A stretch of DNA of 64,000 nucleotides from Lobosporangium transversale. Its lineage: Eukaryota. This document shows positions 47,139-61,965 of this stretch, piece after piece (position 1 is the stretch's first letter; every line of letters begins with the position of its first letter). The DNA is taken from assembly GCF_002105155.1 (NCBI RefSeq), contig NW_019028982.1:868001-932000 (forward strand), written 5' to 3'. A program made the translations under genes and the position numbers. The notes beneath the pieces were generated by a model that saw only the letters and a list, made by a program, of their open reading frames with translations, made no database searches and was not told the DNA's origin.

Positions 47139-48270
47139 TCATTCAAAACGAGAAGAACCCGATTTGACATGATATCCATTATAAAAATCTTTGGCTGATA
47201 ATCGCTTTTTCCCTTCAAACTGCACGGCTTTGACTCCAAGCAATGATCCATCTGAACAAGCGATATGCAAAGACTCTGTGGGACGATGGTAAAAGATCGT
47301 TCCTGGCGGTGAGTTTTTATGAGGCGTTGCTCCATCTTCTGCAGCATAGTCTGCAACAGTTCCACCGCCACTGCCGCTCTTATAATCATTATCGTTCACA
47401 CAAAACAAATCAAACAATGAAAGAGGCTGTACTTTTCCAGAGTCCTGAACATGCCATGTTGCTGTAATCGGGTACTATATATATAAAAAAAAAAGGAAAT
47501 ATAGTAGTAGAAAAGGGGATATATATTAGTTCCTATCGATCCATGGCATGTATGCAAAAAAAAAAAAAAAAAAAAAAAACCGTGTTCTTGTAGGTTAGTT
47601 TTCTTACTCTGAAACCATTAGCACGGTACAATCGCTCGACCCTTGCTGCGTCCCAGGCACTCCATTGAGCTTTGCATGCCTCACGGCTGATTTTGTTCGC
47701 TTTAGTGACCTTGGTAGGATCCTGGTTCTTTGCATCACGCTACTCAAACACAATAGTAACAATCATACCCACCGTTTAGGATTATATTTATTAATATTCT
47801 TTTTTTTTTTTTTTTTTTTTTTGGTTTTCAATCAATAAACATCAAATTGCCCATGCATGAATAACAAACACAACAGGCTTACCCGCCGCTCATCATAGTT
47901 ATTGATCACATCTACGACCAATTCTCCGCCCTTCTTGGCTAGCAATAACTCCAGAGATTTATATGTTGGTTTATCAGGCATAGGCTGGAAGAAAAAGAAA
48001 AAAATATATATATTAGAGACTTTGATTTTGCCGGTATCTGTTAAGAAAGCACTACGCTTTTCCAAAGCGGTAGAGACTTACAACTTCAACTTGAGCAAGG
48101 ATCTTTCCTGCATCAAATTCATTTGGGTCCAAAAGCTGGACCGTAACCCCTGTTGTCTTTTCCTGATTCAAAATGGCTCTTTGCATCGGTGCTGATCCAC
48201 GATACCTATTTTTTAAAGAAATTCCAAATCAGAAACACATTGATAGCAATTGAATGCATAAGGCCATAAA

Positions 48271-48309
<39 letters not shown>

Positions 48310-48758
48310 ACTTGGGTAGAAGGGATGGATGAACGTTGATCCCTGCCTTCTTGAACCGCATAATCACTTCATTAGGAAGGAACCAACCAAACGACACGAC
48401 AACGCCAAAATCCCAGGCGTCCACCTCATCTAATTTAGGGAATGTCCATGCCTCGAACCCACCCTTCCGATCCGGAGAAGGAAACGTGTTGAGGTTATGT
48501 GCCTTGGCCAGTAGCGTCAGTGGGGCTTATTGGAAAATTGCAAAAGGCGTCAGGATTTTTTTTTTTTTTTTTTTTAAAAAAAATAAAAAACTGTTGAATT
48601 CATTAAAACATTAACATACAATCTTCGGCATCGCGTTTTGATTTCTTGGTACGCTCTTTGGGCGAGATAACGTCGATACGCTCGATGATTGAGCCTGGTC
48701 TATCTATGTTTCAATGACAAAATACGGTTATTTTGCCGTAGAGTAGATTCTTGGGCTC

Positions 48759-48792
<34 letters not shown>

Positions 48793-49139
48793 TTTCTCAG
48801 CAATCAACGCTTCCAAGTGGGGAACTGAAAATGAGTCGCTGCCAAAGAATAAAACTTTGACCTTATTTTGATTTTCTTTCTGGCGACGTAATGCAGATAC
48901 ACTGAATGCGTTTGTAAACTACAATAACAAGATTTATTCATATGAAGTAGAAATCATATAAGCTTTCTTTTTCTGTATAATAATCTCCTCCAAAATAATA
49001 ATAAAAATAATAAAAAAGCTTCAGACGAGTGCTTTACAGAATGCCATGGTGTACGCACATTCATAAATAATCGCGACGCTTTTAACGTAGTTGCATGTCT
49101 GCTACATGAAAACAATGTACAGGTCACTGAATGCATCAT
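47139..49139 (-). CDS. FMT1: Mitochondrial methionyl-tRNA formyltransferase, multi-exon (start uncertain)
   Basis: KVLFFGSDSFS, GVVVSFGWFLP, GINVHPSLLPK|YRGSAP, TTGVTVQLL..FDAGKIL, VQFEGKKRLSAKDFYNGY. Basic/Ser-rich N-terminus resembles a mitochondrial presequence. Confidence 0.88.
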
Positions 49140-50179
49140 GTCTGAGGCCAATGTGTGAAAAGTAGGATAGATCTTTTTTTTTTTTTTTTTTTTTTTTGCG
49201 TCGCGTCCTGTTCAGATCAAGTGGCTTAGAAGGACCGTGGTCACTGCGTAGATTCTACTTCACCATCGATGGGACGGGGTTCCCACAATGCTGCACTGCC
49301 CTCTTGTTACTTTTTTACGTCTTCAGTGGTGTTCATGTGATGTTGCAGTTTAACTTATATATAGCTTATTTTTATTAATCTTGGGCGAAGTCATTTCCAT
49401 CAGGCAACGTTTTAAAAAAAATACACGACCCATGAGAGGCAACCACGGAATTATGGCCATTTAAGTCTTTGGGTGGATAGAGAAGAGGGACATATTGGTA
49501 GTAAAAACATGGCTCTTCAGCCTCTACATCCGATACCTGTATATCCAATAGGGACAATTCAAGCTCCAAAGGCCCCACTTTCCAAGCGCAACTCTGCCGA
49601 ATAACTGGGGTAATTGGTGTATACAGGGTCTATTTTGGCTACAGAGTGATATTTATGGTCTTTATCCCTCTTTTGCAAAAGAGGCCTTGGCTCAAGGTAG
49701 ACTAGTGGAGAAGTTGGGGCGGTTAGCTCAGCAGTAGCTTGATGGTATAAGCTTGGCGTAGTCGAGGGAACCAGTGTCTCTTGCATCCAGGAAAGCTCCA
49801 GCTTATAACCCTCTTGAGTAGGGCAAACACAGTTGTGTTGAGGAGAGCAACCTGTGTGCATGCAAATCACACAACTGCAAGCTCATGTCACATGGTAAAA
49901 TTAAAGAAATTAACTACTTGACATCCAGTAGGTCTATCTGTGTTTTCTTGGTAAAAGACATCCGAGATATCCAATCATTCTAAATGGAGTAAAGACTTTC
50001 ATTGACTAAAATATTATATCCGCACTCCTGTCACCCACAGATGAACGGATCCTTAAGCTGTCGCTTATTTTTTGTGTTGTTTGTTCACAATATCAATGAA
50101 GCTGCCTCTGAGGAAGTCACCTAATTTTGCAGCATCTAACTTTTCCGTGTTTTTTAATATATAGAAGATATAACTTCGT

Positions 50180-53100
50180 CTATCTACTTTCGGGCGGGGT
50201 TGGCGGAGCCGCCATTGGAGCCGGGGGTAAAGACCCTATGATCGTCAAAGCACGTGCTGACATCAATGGTTCGACATCCTCTTTAGTAGGACCATTGCCT
50301 GAGTCTTCGCATACTGATGATACATGCGGCGAAACACCTAGCGTTTTGGTGGCTGCAGATGTTGGAGGGGTGCCTCTTGGCAACGCAATCATTCGATCGA
50401 GGCTAGCGCTATAAATTTCAGTACAATCGCTCGGCTGTTTACGATGCGCAATAGCCAGGGAGGATACCTTATTCTTGAGCCGCTTCTTCACTTGAGACTT
50501 GGGCTGATGTGAGCATGACGATGAAGAGGAAGAGGAATTTTTTCTCGATGTGTTTGCCTTGGCCGCTGCACCAACAATATGGCCAGTATTAATAGGTTCC
50601 GATGCGGTTTTACTGCCTTTACTGCTATAACCCATGCGTGGCGGCATCATGGGTGAGTCTGGCCTTGCAGGATCGACCTCTAGAAATGTTGAGATAACGT
50701 CTGCAGCACTCTTGCGCCAGGCTTCAATATAAAGTGGAGGCTTTTGACGGTGGTTATGATGATGGCAACAGGCCTGGGGAACGCATGCACTGCCGCTAAC
50801 ACTGGCGCATGATGCCCCTTTTGCTCTTTGGGAGTCATCACAAAGTGCTTCTCCATCTTGGTCATCTCTATCGCTGTAAAGATCTGATCCAGGCCGTATT
50901 CGCGGGCCCTCCCTAGGGACGAGCCGGAAGCATGGGAATGCCTTTTGCAGATTGGGATCGCTTCCCGTGGCGCGAACCTGCCGCGTTTGGCTCACACATC
51001 CAGCCCCAGATGAACTTCGGCAGTGACCGTAATCAGAATTTCGGAGCGGTGATAATGGCTGCAGCGGTTCAATTGTTGATTGGTCGATGCTTCGAAGCTG
51101 TGCTCTTTCGGTATCATTGTGGTCTATGCTGACATGGCTCATATTTCTGCCACTCATCTGCAGAGCCTGGAGAACCACACTCTGCACCATCTCACGGTCG
51201 TCCTTCGGCGTATTTGTCATAGTATTGTAGACCTCAGAGCTATACTGGCTCCTAATACTCTCACCACAGACCAGTCCTTCAAGCGAGATAGCGCCCATGG
51301 TCTCAGTATCACAATGCATGTCATCATCTTCTTCGTTATCGGCGTCGTCTTCACTATCGCTAACGCCTTCGCTATGGCCATTACACACTTGGGATGAGCT
51401 TGAGCAGATCACTGCCTTGTTGATGATGGTTCTCCTCGAGGCCAAATATGGCCCCTGTCGTTGGTGTTGCCGTCGCTTGCTCTTGGCCAAGTTCCTAAGG
51501 ACACGATTGTAGCTTATAGCGCATTCTGGTGCGTTAGGCACACCACTAGCAACCGAACTCAGGCCTAGTTCTGCTTTTGATTCTAGTTCTCGGCTTTTTT
51601 GGTGTACATTAGTAGAGCCAGTGTAGGTAGTAGCAATGGTCGTGCCGGCAGCAATGGCATTAGGTTTATCAGAAGCAGAGATAATTTGTGGCGCCTGCTT
51701 TTGATCAATGGCAACTGGAAGGCCAAGGGATTCATCCAGATTTTTCAGCCCTTTAGTAATTTCAGACAGAGACATGGATCTGTCATGTCCTAGCGCTGGA
51801 GCTAGAGCCCCGCGTAATGACGGGGTTGACGACTTTCTTGAGGATGACATCGAAGATCCAGATCCATGGCGGTGGTGCGAGTATTGGTCTTGAACCCCTG
51901 GGAATGGATAGGCCGTATATTGGCCAAAACTAGGGCTTGGAGGGATGTTCAATGGTATGTGCAACGACCCATTTCTTTTAACAAACGTAGTAGTAATACT
52001 TCCTGGCTGGCCCACTCTTGAAAAGCAACGAGTAGTGCCTGGGGCCAGTGAAGCATTGCGAGTCCTTGGTGGGGAGTTGTTGCGGGCAACAAGCAAAGGC
52101 GGAGGCAAGGTTAGAGATAATGGGGTGACCGGCAGTGAGTGTAAAGGAACAGCAGGAGAGATACCCTCTGCTACCCTTGCGTCAATACTGCTATCACTAT
52201 CGGTAGTACCTTCAGAAGCATTATCAACGATGACGATGTCATCGCCATTGATTTCGCATTTATTTTCGCAGCTGTATGACTTATCCATTGCTTTTCGTAT
52301 GAATTTCTCGACAGCTTCACGGGATCTAAGTATTTGCGCCTTCTCCAGCTCAGTTTCAGACATACTTGCAGCTGAGAGTGGAGGCCCCTTCATTTTGTTG
52401 GCTATTGATGCCATAGATGTTATGGATGATGCGGATTGCCGCTGGCCAAACTTGACAGCGTTTGATACTGGAGGCATATTGCACGGTGAAGTTTCAGGCT
52501 CGGAAACTGGCGAAGGTGAAGACACAAAGGAAGTGAATGACGCCGTTCGCCGTGACAGTTGGAGATACTGCCCCATCATCTTGCCGCCATGAAGGATTTT
52601 AGGAACTGTGTGGCTATGAACTGGAGCGGATGGAAGCCAGGAGGAGCTATAAGATAGACGACAAGCTGTATATCCTGACAAAGGTCGGAGTGTGTCAGTA
52701 GGAGAGCCTGTGCTATCGCGCTCAGTATCGCTATGAAATTTATTCAGAAAATAAAAAAACAAAGGGTTAAATCATTTTTAATAGGGAAAACAGATGTTGT
52801 TTTACATACTAGACATAAATGCTACTTACTCCACAGGTTCACAATGGTCCAAACCAGAGCGCATGGAAACAGCTGTAGCTAATGAAACATTTACAGTTGA
52901 ACTATTATACATCATCAGAAGAGAAAATTAAAATTACAGTCTCGTAATAGCAATGTCACAAGCATTGTCGATACAAGTACTTACTTCGAGTCGCGGCGTT
53001 CGTTGTCAGTATGGCTTTGAGCGGCTAATTCACCCTGAATTGTCCCAGTGCCGATATCGATGATATGGTTTCCACTTGTGGCTGCAGTGGAGGTAGGACG

Positions 53101-55242
53101 TTTTGCTAAGTTTCCTGGAGCTCGGCCCATATTAGCTATAGGTGGGATGTCTACGGCACACGGTTTACAGCTTGTGTGAGCTTTATGGCGACCTTTACGG
53201 AATTCCCGTTCGCGCAGCACGTCTGTTGTGAGAGGAAATGGGAGTGGATCTATATCACCGATCTCCTCTTCCATATCTTCACCGTCTTCTTCTTCTTGAA
53301 TGCGGGAGAAGTATTCGAGAAGCTTGGCCTTCCATTCGCAAAGGTAGTCCCAGGTTAAGAACAGAAAGGCAGCAGCCGGAATAAACAAGGTTATTGCGAT
53401 CTGATACAATTCATGATCATGGTCTGCTAACCGGAACAGCCCGCTTATACTATCAAGCTGCGGCTGTGCAGCAACTACTTGGCCCTCTGCGGATAGGGAT
53501 GGAGTAGGATGGGGAGAGGGACGAGAAAAGGCCACGAAGTAGGAGATATACAGCCCTATGTTGAAGGCTCGAGCCAAAAATAAGATAATATTCAAACTAA
53601 GGCAGAGTCTGAGATATTGGTGAGCTGACTTTGCTGCATTATAAAGGCGGAGTACATCAGGCGATGGTGCCAAGCTCTTGATATTAATATTACAACTTCC
53701 GTTTTGTCTTTGGAAATGATGCACAGCCAATGCTACAGGAAGAGACAAAAGTGACAGGGTTTTAGATCGTTTTAGATGAAACAAATTTCCACACACATGC
53801 GTCCCGCGCTTACCTGCAGAGATTAGCCCTACAAGCGCAGCAGATGTTGCAAGGACTTCAAGGATGATTTCGCGTATCCAATCACCGCGCTTCGAGCTTG
53901 TTGCCACACTGCATCCACCACGTCCTGGATAAACCTCATAAACCCGACCTTCTGCATCGATAGAGAATAACACTAGAAATATGATGATTGGCAGGACGAA
54001 GCACCACACAATATCCCACGCCAACTGTCTATTTGCAGTAACTCCAGTCCTGATTTTGTGTGTCCATGAGTCTCTGTGGTATTTGATTCTATTTCCTGTT
54101 ATATCATACGAGTAGCTTTCTTCATGGGTCTCGCTCAAATCTAAATGCTCTAAATGTAACTTGGCGGCCAGAGATGGGGGTTGTCCTGGAGTAGCTTCTG
54201 CTTTGGATGGCCTGCGGCCTTGGTTGAGAGAGATACCATGAGCAGTTGAGATTTGCTCACCTCCTCGCTGTTGTGCCAGTGGATCATCTTGCTGATGCGT
54301 CGGCCACTTTGGCCAAGCTTCAAATAAGTCTGGTGGACTATGGCTTGCGCTAGTGGTGGCGGCGATGGAAGCAGCAGCAGCAGCATCGGCAGCAATAGCA
54401 TCTGGTGCCTTCAGTTTATTGGAATCGCGTTGCCTGGGTAGGATACAACAACAGCAACAAAATGTAATGCCATTACGGATCAGCGCCATCAAGATTGTTA
54501 ACGGCGCTGCGAGCCAAACCGGAATTAAAAGACCCAAGTCGGCTCGGTTACGAAACGAACGTTGAAAACTAAATCCTGCTTCCTCTCCTAGATCGTTATT
54601 ATTATTTGGAGTAGTGGGATTATTAACTCCAATAGTGGCAAATAGTCGGGGATTAATCATGCCTAGTTTGCGGCTTAGGCAGCGATAGAGGTACAGATCC
54701 CATCGCATGATGGCAATGGAGATGGCGAGCCATCGAATCTGGTGAAGATGTGCGAAAAGGATACAGGTTCGTAATGATATCAAGTAACCTAGCTTCCCTG
54801 ATAAACCTCTGATGACGTCTCCGGTTAATACCATCGCTGTAATACCTGATAAGGCTCCATTATTGCTGATGTTTGTGTTTTGGTCCGTGCTTACAGTGCC
54901 ATTGCTGGATAGGGAAAATAAGTTAACTTCAGTAAAATTAAAGTTTTCGACAGGTGGCGTTGTGGTTGAAGGTACATACGTATTTGTTAAATTGTTTGAG
55001 ATGAAGTCAATGCTGTTGTTGGTGTCACTGGTAAATAAATACAAGAAAGGAAATGTATCTGCTTGTAATAGAAACTGGCTGAAAATATCCAAGAGATAGT
55101 TAAACATGAACCAGACCAGCATAAAGGAGAATGCATAATGGCGGCGACCATCCTTGAACTGCACAATCCATGTAGAGATTATTAGTAGACATATGATGGG
55201 CAGTAGAATAAGATAAAGAATTGATATAGCCGAGTGTGCCAT
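50180..55242 (-). CDS. Ste3-like multi-TM receptor with very long low-complexity C-terminal tail (~1,599 aa; exons 55242-53814, 53732-52985, 52901-52830, 52730-50180)
   Basis: Three GT-AG introns join the two track ORFs into a 4,800-nt in-frame CDS. About 7 hydrophobic segments; RQLAWDIVWCFVLPIII..GRVYEVYPGRGGC and QYLRL resemble Ste3 TM4-ECL2 and TM6 motifs. Confidence 0.65.
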
Positions 55243-57495
55243 TGGTATAGTAGGTGAAGTGACGGAATGATACAGATATGGGGTAGTGAAGGAAGACGAA
55301 GGTATGACCGCTTCAGGGTATATTAATTTAATTCCAATAAGGAATGGTGCATGGGAAAGGAGAGGAGGAGGCAAGGAGGGAAAGGAGGAGAGGAGGGAAG
55401 AGGAAAAAGGAAGAGATGAAGAGAACGAGTTCTTCAAATTAAAAAAAAAAAAAGGTTACCATCCTCAAGTATGCGCTAGGTATCACACAATATTGAACAG
55501 ACAATGAAACGAGAAAAGTGAAGGCAGAATGTCAACAACTGCGAAAACAATTATTTTGGTGTTTGTTTTCATTAGAGGGTTAGTAAACACTGAAATAAAA
55601 GAAAATCATTCATGGAAATAATGCAGAAAAAGGAGGCGAGATACAATCAAATAGAGATGTAATCGGACGATACAGAGAAAAAGCAATAAATAAAATAAAA
55701 TAAGTATAATGAACGAACTAATGAACAATGGGATAAGAATAGACCTCAGTTAATGCTACAAGAATGTCGCAAGGCTGTGAATGTTCAAATGTGGTCGTGA
55801 AAAAAAAAAGATCAAGGTGGTCAGAACGCGCTCAGGTCAATTTGTTGCAATATTGGCAGTTTAAAAATTCCACAAGCATTCATTAAACGCTTTTGTAAAG
55901 ATATCTTTTTTAGGCGATTGAAGTGCTCAAAAAAAATAAAATTATGAAAGCCCTTCAATGCGGTTCGATTTTTCATTTTTTTTTTTTTCCCTCTCCTTTT
56001 TATTTTTCCTAACGTTCTTCGAATTGAGCAGTTGCATTAAAATGTAGACCACCTTTACATAGCAGCATGTTTGTAGAGGAATAAAAAAAAAAGATGCGAT
56101 CCGAGCGTTTGTTGCACAAAAACAATAGAGGGTTAATCACTTGTCATTGGGGTGACAGTAGATGATTAGAAAGACAAGCAGGATAGGATCATTGGCTTAT
56201 TCGAGCCCTTTTACACACCTTTTTGTATTTGGAAGAAGTGTGTGCATACATGTGTCTAGACATGGTCCTTTCGCTGCTTATCTTACACAACGACCCATGG
56301 ATCACCATAAGAGCCCTTCTTTTGTTTCGTTTTCCTATATAGTCGATTCAGTACAACCCTCTTTTTTTTTTTTTTCCTTGTACATGAAGGGCTACCAAGG
56401 CTTCTTTGTTTTGACTTTGGCTGTGTTGGGCACATGTCTTTCTCTCCCGCCATCAACATTTGTGAGTGTTAGCAGCATGAAAGAAAGAGTGCTCCCTTTC
56501 ATGCAAGTGTCATCAACCACTGAGACTGATGATCACTTGCACACATTCATACACCTGACTTCAATGCGAGCACCCCGTTCCAGAAGATCTAATTTTTCAT
56601 TGTAATGATAGTAGTAACCCTGGTCCCTCGATGATTGTAATAATGATAGACATATTTCTAATCTCATTTAGGCTTCAAAGGCTCAGTCGTAGGGAGTAAA
56701 CAGCAGCTTTTTTTTTTTTTTTTTTTTCGAGATACAAAGTAACAGATCGTCCAACTTAAAAATATTTGAACACAAATTAAGGTGATCCAATAAGAACAGT
56801 CTGTCGCATTGACGTATTGACGCTTGCTTTTCACACCCTTTTTCGGAAGCTGATTCTACTAATGGAGTACATATTACAAACTATGGCTTTATTGAGGCCA
56901 CTTTGTGTAGTCGCCGTTTTAGTTTTAGATCATTCTCTATTTTTTAGGACTGCCCTGCTTGGTTCACCATAGATACACTGTCCAATTCGTCAGATAATGC
57001 TGAAGCCTGATATAACGTTGCAATGCTTTTCACGCATTCATCTCATCCATGGCCTAATGCAGCTCCGAATGCGAAATAGTAATGGCGGTAGCTATCAAGG
57101 CTAGAAAGGATAGTCAGCTAGGTCTAGATGTCCCAGTTTCCCTGAAGAAATTGTGTTGTTCCCATTGCTTAACCTTTAACATGAACAAATTTCCCCTCCT
57201 CTCGCCGTAGCTCACATATAAATAGCAAAGATGATATTGCCTAACAAAAAAAAAAAATGGTCCTAAAAGATCAAGACAGATGAACGGACATTAGAAAAAG
57301 TTTGACATGAGAAATTGAATTTTTGTGAGTGCGAAAGAATAGCAGCACAATGGTGGCCTAATCTACGAGGGGTTAAATTTTATTTGATTAAATCTGATCT
57401 GTCACAACTCATCTCTGCTGTCAGCAATTAGCATTCATTCAGCATATAACACAGCACACAGTTACGAAAACACAAGGAAGAGTGAAAAAGGAAAA

Positions 57496-57854
57496 ATGTC
57501 CAAGGGCTCGAGTTTACACCGTCTTCGCAGGACTCAGAAGGAGTCCTTCTTCTTACCAGACTCGGATGGGGAGAACAACGAAGAGATCACTCAGGATGAT
57601 GACTTTGATGTCGACAACATGGATTTCCCTTTACCATCTGATGCTGGCCCATCAATAAATCCTGCAGACACACCCCTGTCAGCTGAACAAATGGCTCAAA
57701 TTCAAGCATTGATGGATACAGGTGCTGTCGAAAATAACAATACGCGATATGTCTCGACTGAAGAAGCAGAACAATTTAAGAGGTACTTATTTGAGAAAAA
57801 AGCGAAAGTAGAGACAACACAGGATCAAGACAAAACTTTGAATTTCTTTTGCAG

Positions 57855-57895
<41 letters not shown>

Positions 57896-58585
57896 TAGTA
57901 TATCTACTTTGTCGCATCATTTCATAGCTGGATGTGCATTTACCCATGCTATATTGATGGTACAAAGACAGTGGCAGAAGGTCGCAGGATTTCATTGTCA
58001 AAGGCATGTGTTAAGCAGCCCTGGGCTAAGGATATTGTTGAAGCATTGAAGGAATTGAGGCTGTCCCAAGCATTTGAACCGGGAAAAACTCATCCTAGAG
58101 ACTGGGCTAATCGTGGACGCGTCAGAGTTTTGTTCAAGGAAAATGGCCGATTCTGCCATGCCACAATCCACAGCAGTATGCGTCTCCAACATGATTATTT
58201 CTAATATGGTCCAGCTTGCTATACTATGAAGACAAACATTTACATGTGTGTTATTGCTTACCCTCACTAACTGGGTGTTGATCAATGTCTTTATTTTATA
58301 GAGAATGAGCTTTTAATCCAGTTGGCAGCAATCATTAATAAGGCTCATGCCAAGGATGAAAGTGCTGGTCGAAAGCGCTCAGAATATTCGCCTCTTTCAC
58401 CCTTGACACCACTTTCGATTGCGATGCCAGGCATGGCTAATGCAGACCCATTGGCAGCGCTTTTGGGCGGCAATGACACCACAGAACCAGCAACGCCGCA
58501 AGCATCATCATCATCGCCTCAACCAAAGTCAAAACGACAAGAGAAACTAGCCAAGAAACCAAAGAGAGTCATGATCCGTGGATAA
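57496..58585 (+). CDS. SEC65: Signal recognition particle subunit SRP19/Sec65, 3 exons
   Basis: DDDFDVDNMDFPLP; WMCIYPCYIDGTKTVAEGRRI..EPGKTHPRDWANRGRVRV. Confidence 0.92.
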
Positions 58586-58737
58586 AGTAAAAATCACATG
58601 GGGATTCTTTCAAGAATAGTATTATTGCTTTAATAAATAGAAAAAAAAAAAAAAGGATCAACTTGATACCCAAAAAATATACTATTACAAATGGAGGAGT
58701 GCTTTCCATGTCCCTTCTACTTTGCTTTCTCCCAGCT

Positions 58738-60486
58738 CTAATCATCCTCATCATCCTCATCATCCTCATCATCAGCTTCGTCTCGTGGCAGCATGATGCC
58801 AAGCCGGGACAGGATGTTTCCTGCTGGTCCTGGCAATCCACCCTGACTCCTGAAACTCTCCAACAAGTTCTTGGCTAAATTTAAATCCTCATCTACGACT
58901 ACTCGCTCCTCTTCTTTCTCGACGTCGCTTATTATTTCATCACCAACTTCGTCATCGGTGCTTACACGCGCTGCCGAAGGCTCTTCTTCTTCGTCATCAT
59001 CTGCGAATGCCATTGCGGCAGGATCGTATCCATATGGCCCACCATGTCGACCAAAACCTCGCCTTGAACGTTCAGCGTATTCTTTCACTAATTCTTCAAG
59101 GTTCTTTTCCGATTGTGGTGTTATGGTGGTAGCGGAGATTCGTGAGACTCCTTTGCCTTTGTCTGTCTTAGGTTGAGTCTTTGATGCAGCAGATACTCCT
59201 ACTGACATCTTTTCAAAAGACTCCCCAACCTTGGTGGCCGATAATTCTATGTCCAAGGCATCCATGTATTCTTGAAGACCTTGATCATCCATATCTATAT
59301 CCTTCTCTTCATCGTCATCCCTTTGGCTCACTTTCCCTCTTGCGAGTTGTTTATAATTCTGGCCGAACCTCCGTTCTAAGGCTTCTCTGAACTTTTCGCG
59401 ATCTAAGCCAATAGGCTGTAAATTTTCTGCATGAGTTTCAGTATCCACTTTCTCTTTAGTTCCCTTTCCTTCTCCTGTGTCGCCAATATCAAAGTTCATC
59501 ATCTCACTCCCAAACATGAATGCACGCTGTCGCTGAGCGGTCCGTTTCCTGGCTTGCCTTTCCTCATAGTCGCTAGCGAATATATCTTCATCATCGCTAC
59601 TATCTAATATATCTTGTACAACGCTTTCTTGATTTTCTGCCTCGTCTCCATCTCTGTTGTCGGCAACATAATCATCTTCACTATCCTCATCATCTTCACT
59701 GTCGGTTTGCTCATCTAAAAACTCGGCTCCTTCGACACCACCTTGACCTTTTTGAACAAACTCCCCAAACCGATTTAGCATCTGTTGCATATCAAAATCA
59801 CCGTCAAAAGGCCTTTCTATATCTGCTGAAGATTTAGACCCGGATTCTGCGACCCTTCCGTCGTTGCCAAATCCACGCGCTCGCATCATATCCTCCAGCA
59901 TCTGTAGATCTACATTCATCCAGGAGTCGTCATCATCTGGTCTATCGTCTACCAGATCGTTCACTATCGATCCGTTTGTAATATGATTGTTCAGAATGCG
60001 CTCAATTTCTTGAACCGGATGATATCCATGGCCATAGTATGATGTATCTTGATGTTCATCTCGCAATTTCGCAGACTTGTTTTCTAAAAATTGCCTTTTA
60101 GCAGTCTCTTCCAATTGTTGATATTTTTGAGATCCTGGGCGCTCGTCTCCAAAGTACTGGCGAGCTGCGAGATTGTTTTTGAATACAATCCATCCACTGT
60201 CTGTTGCAAACGGGAAATCCTGGAATGATAGTAATAACAACAATTATAATAAATAAGCAGTTTCATAGGTAATCAATCACGCTGACTTTTTTTAATAATA
60301 ATAATATTTTGTTACCATACTCCACACGTATCTCTTACCTCCAGTTGAATCTCATCGCCGCTCTTGAAGCCAAAATCTCCAGGATAATCTGGGCTGCACA
60401 AGATCTCGAAGCCGCAAGTCTAAAAAAAAAGAAAAAACAAACCATGAATGTGTTATGAGTGGTTTATTAATAAAGATATCCTTAAC

Positions 60487-60518
<32 letters not shown>

Positions 60519-61965
60519 TTTTACGAACCAGTTTCATCCCAAGTTCTGCCTCCTTCAGTTTTTGCGGATCGTTTGCATCTTCCACACTTATTGGAGGTAC
60601 AATGCCATCCCAGATCTTGGGTGGGTGGAATTGTTGTCCCATCAGTTGTGCGTAACAAGTCTTTGTGAAGCAAACACTTGTCGTAACAAACAACGTGCTA
60701 TTTTTCCCCAGCTTGACGACCCCATGCCCTAACTCCGATCCTAAATCATCCTTGTCTGATGATGCCGTTTTTGAGGATTTTCTTGGTAAGAACTTTGCCA
60801 TACGACTACATGCTGCCATGCCGAGTGCATCCCTTGTATAAAACGCCTCGCATGCTCTCGTAACCAATTCCGGTCGGATCTTGAGGACCCTGGCTACATC
60901 CAATGGGATTTGGCAACGAGCATAATGTTTTTGTTCCTGAATTTTCCTGGCTACAAAATCTTTATCTGCTGATAAATTTAGTGAAGATGATGAGAGAGGG
61001 GATGAAAGAGGTCCAAACGCTGCCCGTTGTATGGCAGGGCTGGCAAGTGTAGGTATTACTACTGTAGGTGCTCTTGACTTTGAACTATTCCAATCCTTGC
61101 CAGCTAAGGAAGAAGAAGAGGTCCAGATAATCTCCAATGCGTCCTGAAGCTTCGGCGATTCTGACTTTGTCCCAAGAGTAGGTGGATATATCTTTTTTTC
61201 ATCTGCTGTAACAGCAATCGGAATGATGTGCAGATCTCCGTTATGAATGAATACTCTGTTATCGCTGTTTTCGGGATCTAGCCATGAAGGAATATGTTCC
61301 GCAGCTTCGATCAACAAGAACTCTCCATCATTATCTTGAATCCTATTTTTTTATTTTTAGTATATTTTTTTAAGCAAAAGTGGACACCCCATACAAATGA
61401 AACAGGAAAAAAAAAGAGAAAAGCGGTATATAATTTCACCTTGCAATAGTGCCTGGTATCCGTCGAGTGATTTCTCTCAATAAGGATACAATCAGCCATT
61501 CATCATCCAAGGAGTCGCAGACTCTACTTTCGCCTTTCAAATATGGTAAAATAGGATATACTAATGTATACCATGGGTTTACAAGAAGCAGTGTAAGTTA
61601 GTCCTCATAAAGGTAAGAAATAATATTGAATCTTACTTCTACATCTGGGGGTATGATACTTTACATGTATCCTTTTTAGTCTCAACATGTAGTGAAAATG
61701 CATCTTTATGCCAGATATAGTCCTTGGTCAAATCAGTGACGATCGAGTAAATGAATGTTTTTGCAATATGAATTGAATCAAGTAAGTAATGAGCGGCCGC
61801 ATTAGTCTGCTCCTGATCAGTTTGAGTTTTAGTGTCGGGTTCTGCTTCACTTCCCGCACTCTCTATTGTTGCCTTTGGAAAGTAGATTGCATATGAAACT
61901 GTCTCTTCAGAAAGTGCACGGCGTTGTTGCTGGATGTGGTCATGAAGTGGGAATGAACTTTCCAT
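58738..61965 (-). CDS. Ecdysoneless (Ecd, SGT1 domain) homolog, multi-exon
   Basis: YIWHKDAFSL, DSLDDEW, DNDGEFLLIEAAEHIPSWLDPENSDNRVFI, AFYTRD, YAQLMGQQF, AELGMKL, YMDALDIEL, DLNLAKNLLESFRSQGGLPGPAGNIL. Confidence 0.9.

Noticed and set aside
49375..49870. Short minus-strand ORFs downstream of the receptor gene
   Set aside because: No motif, no convincing start and no clear splice link to neighbouring genes.
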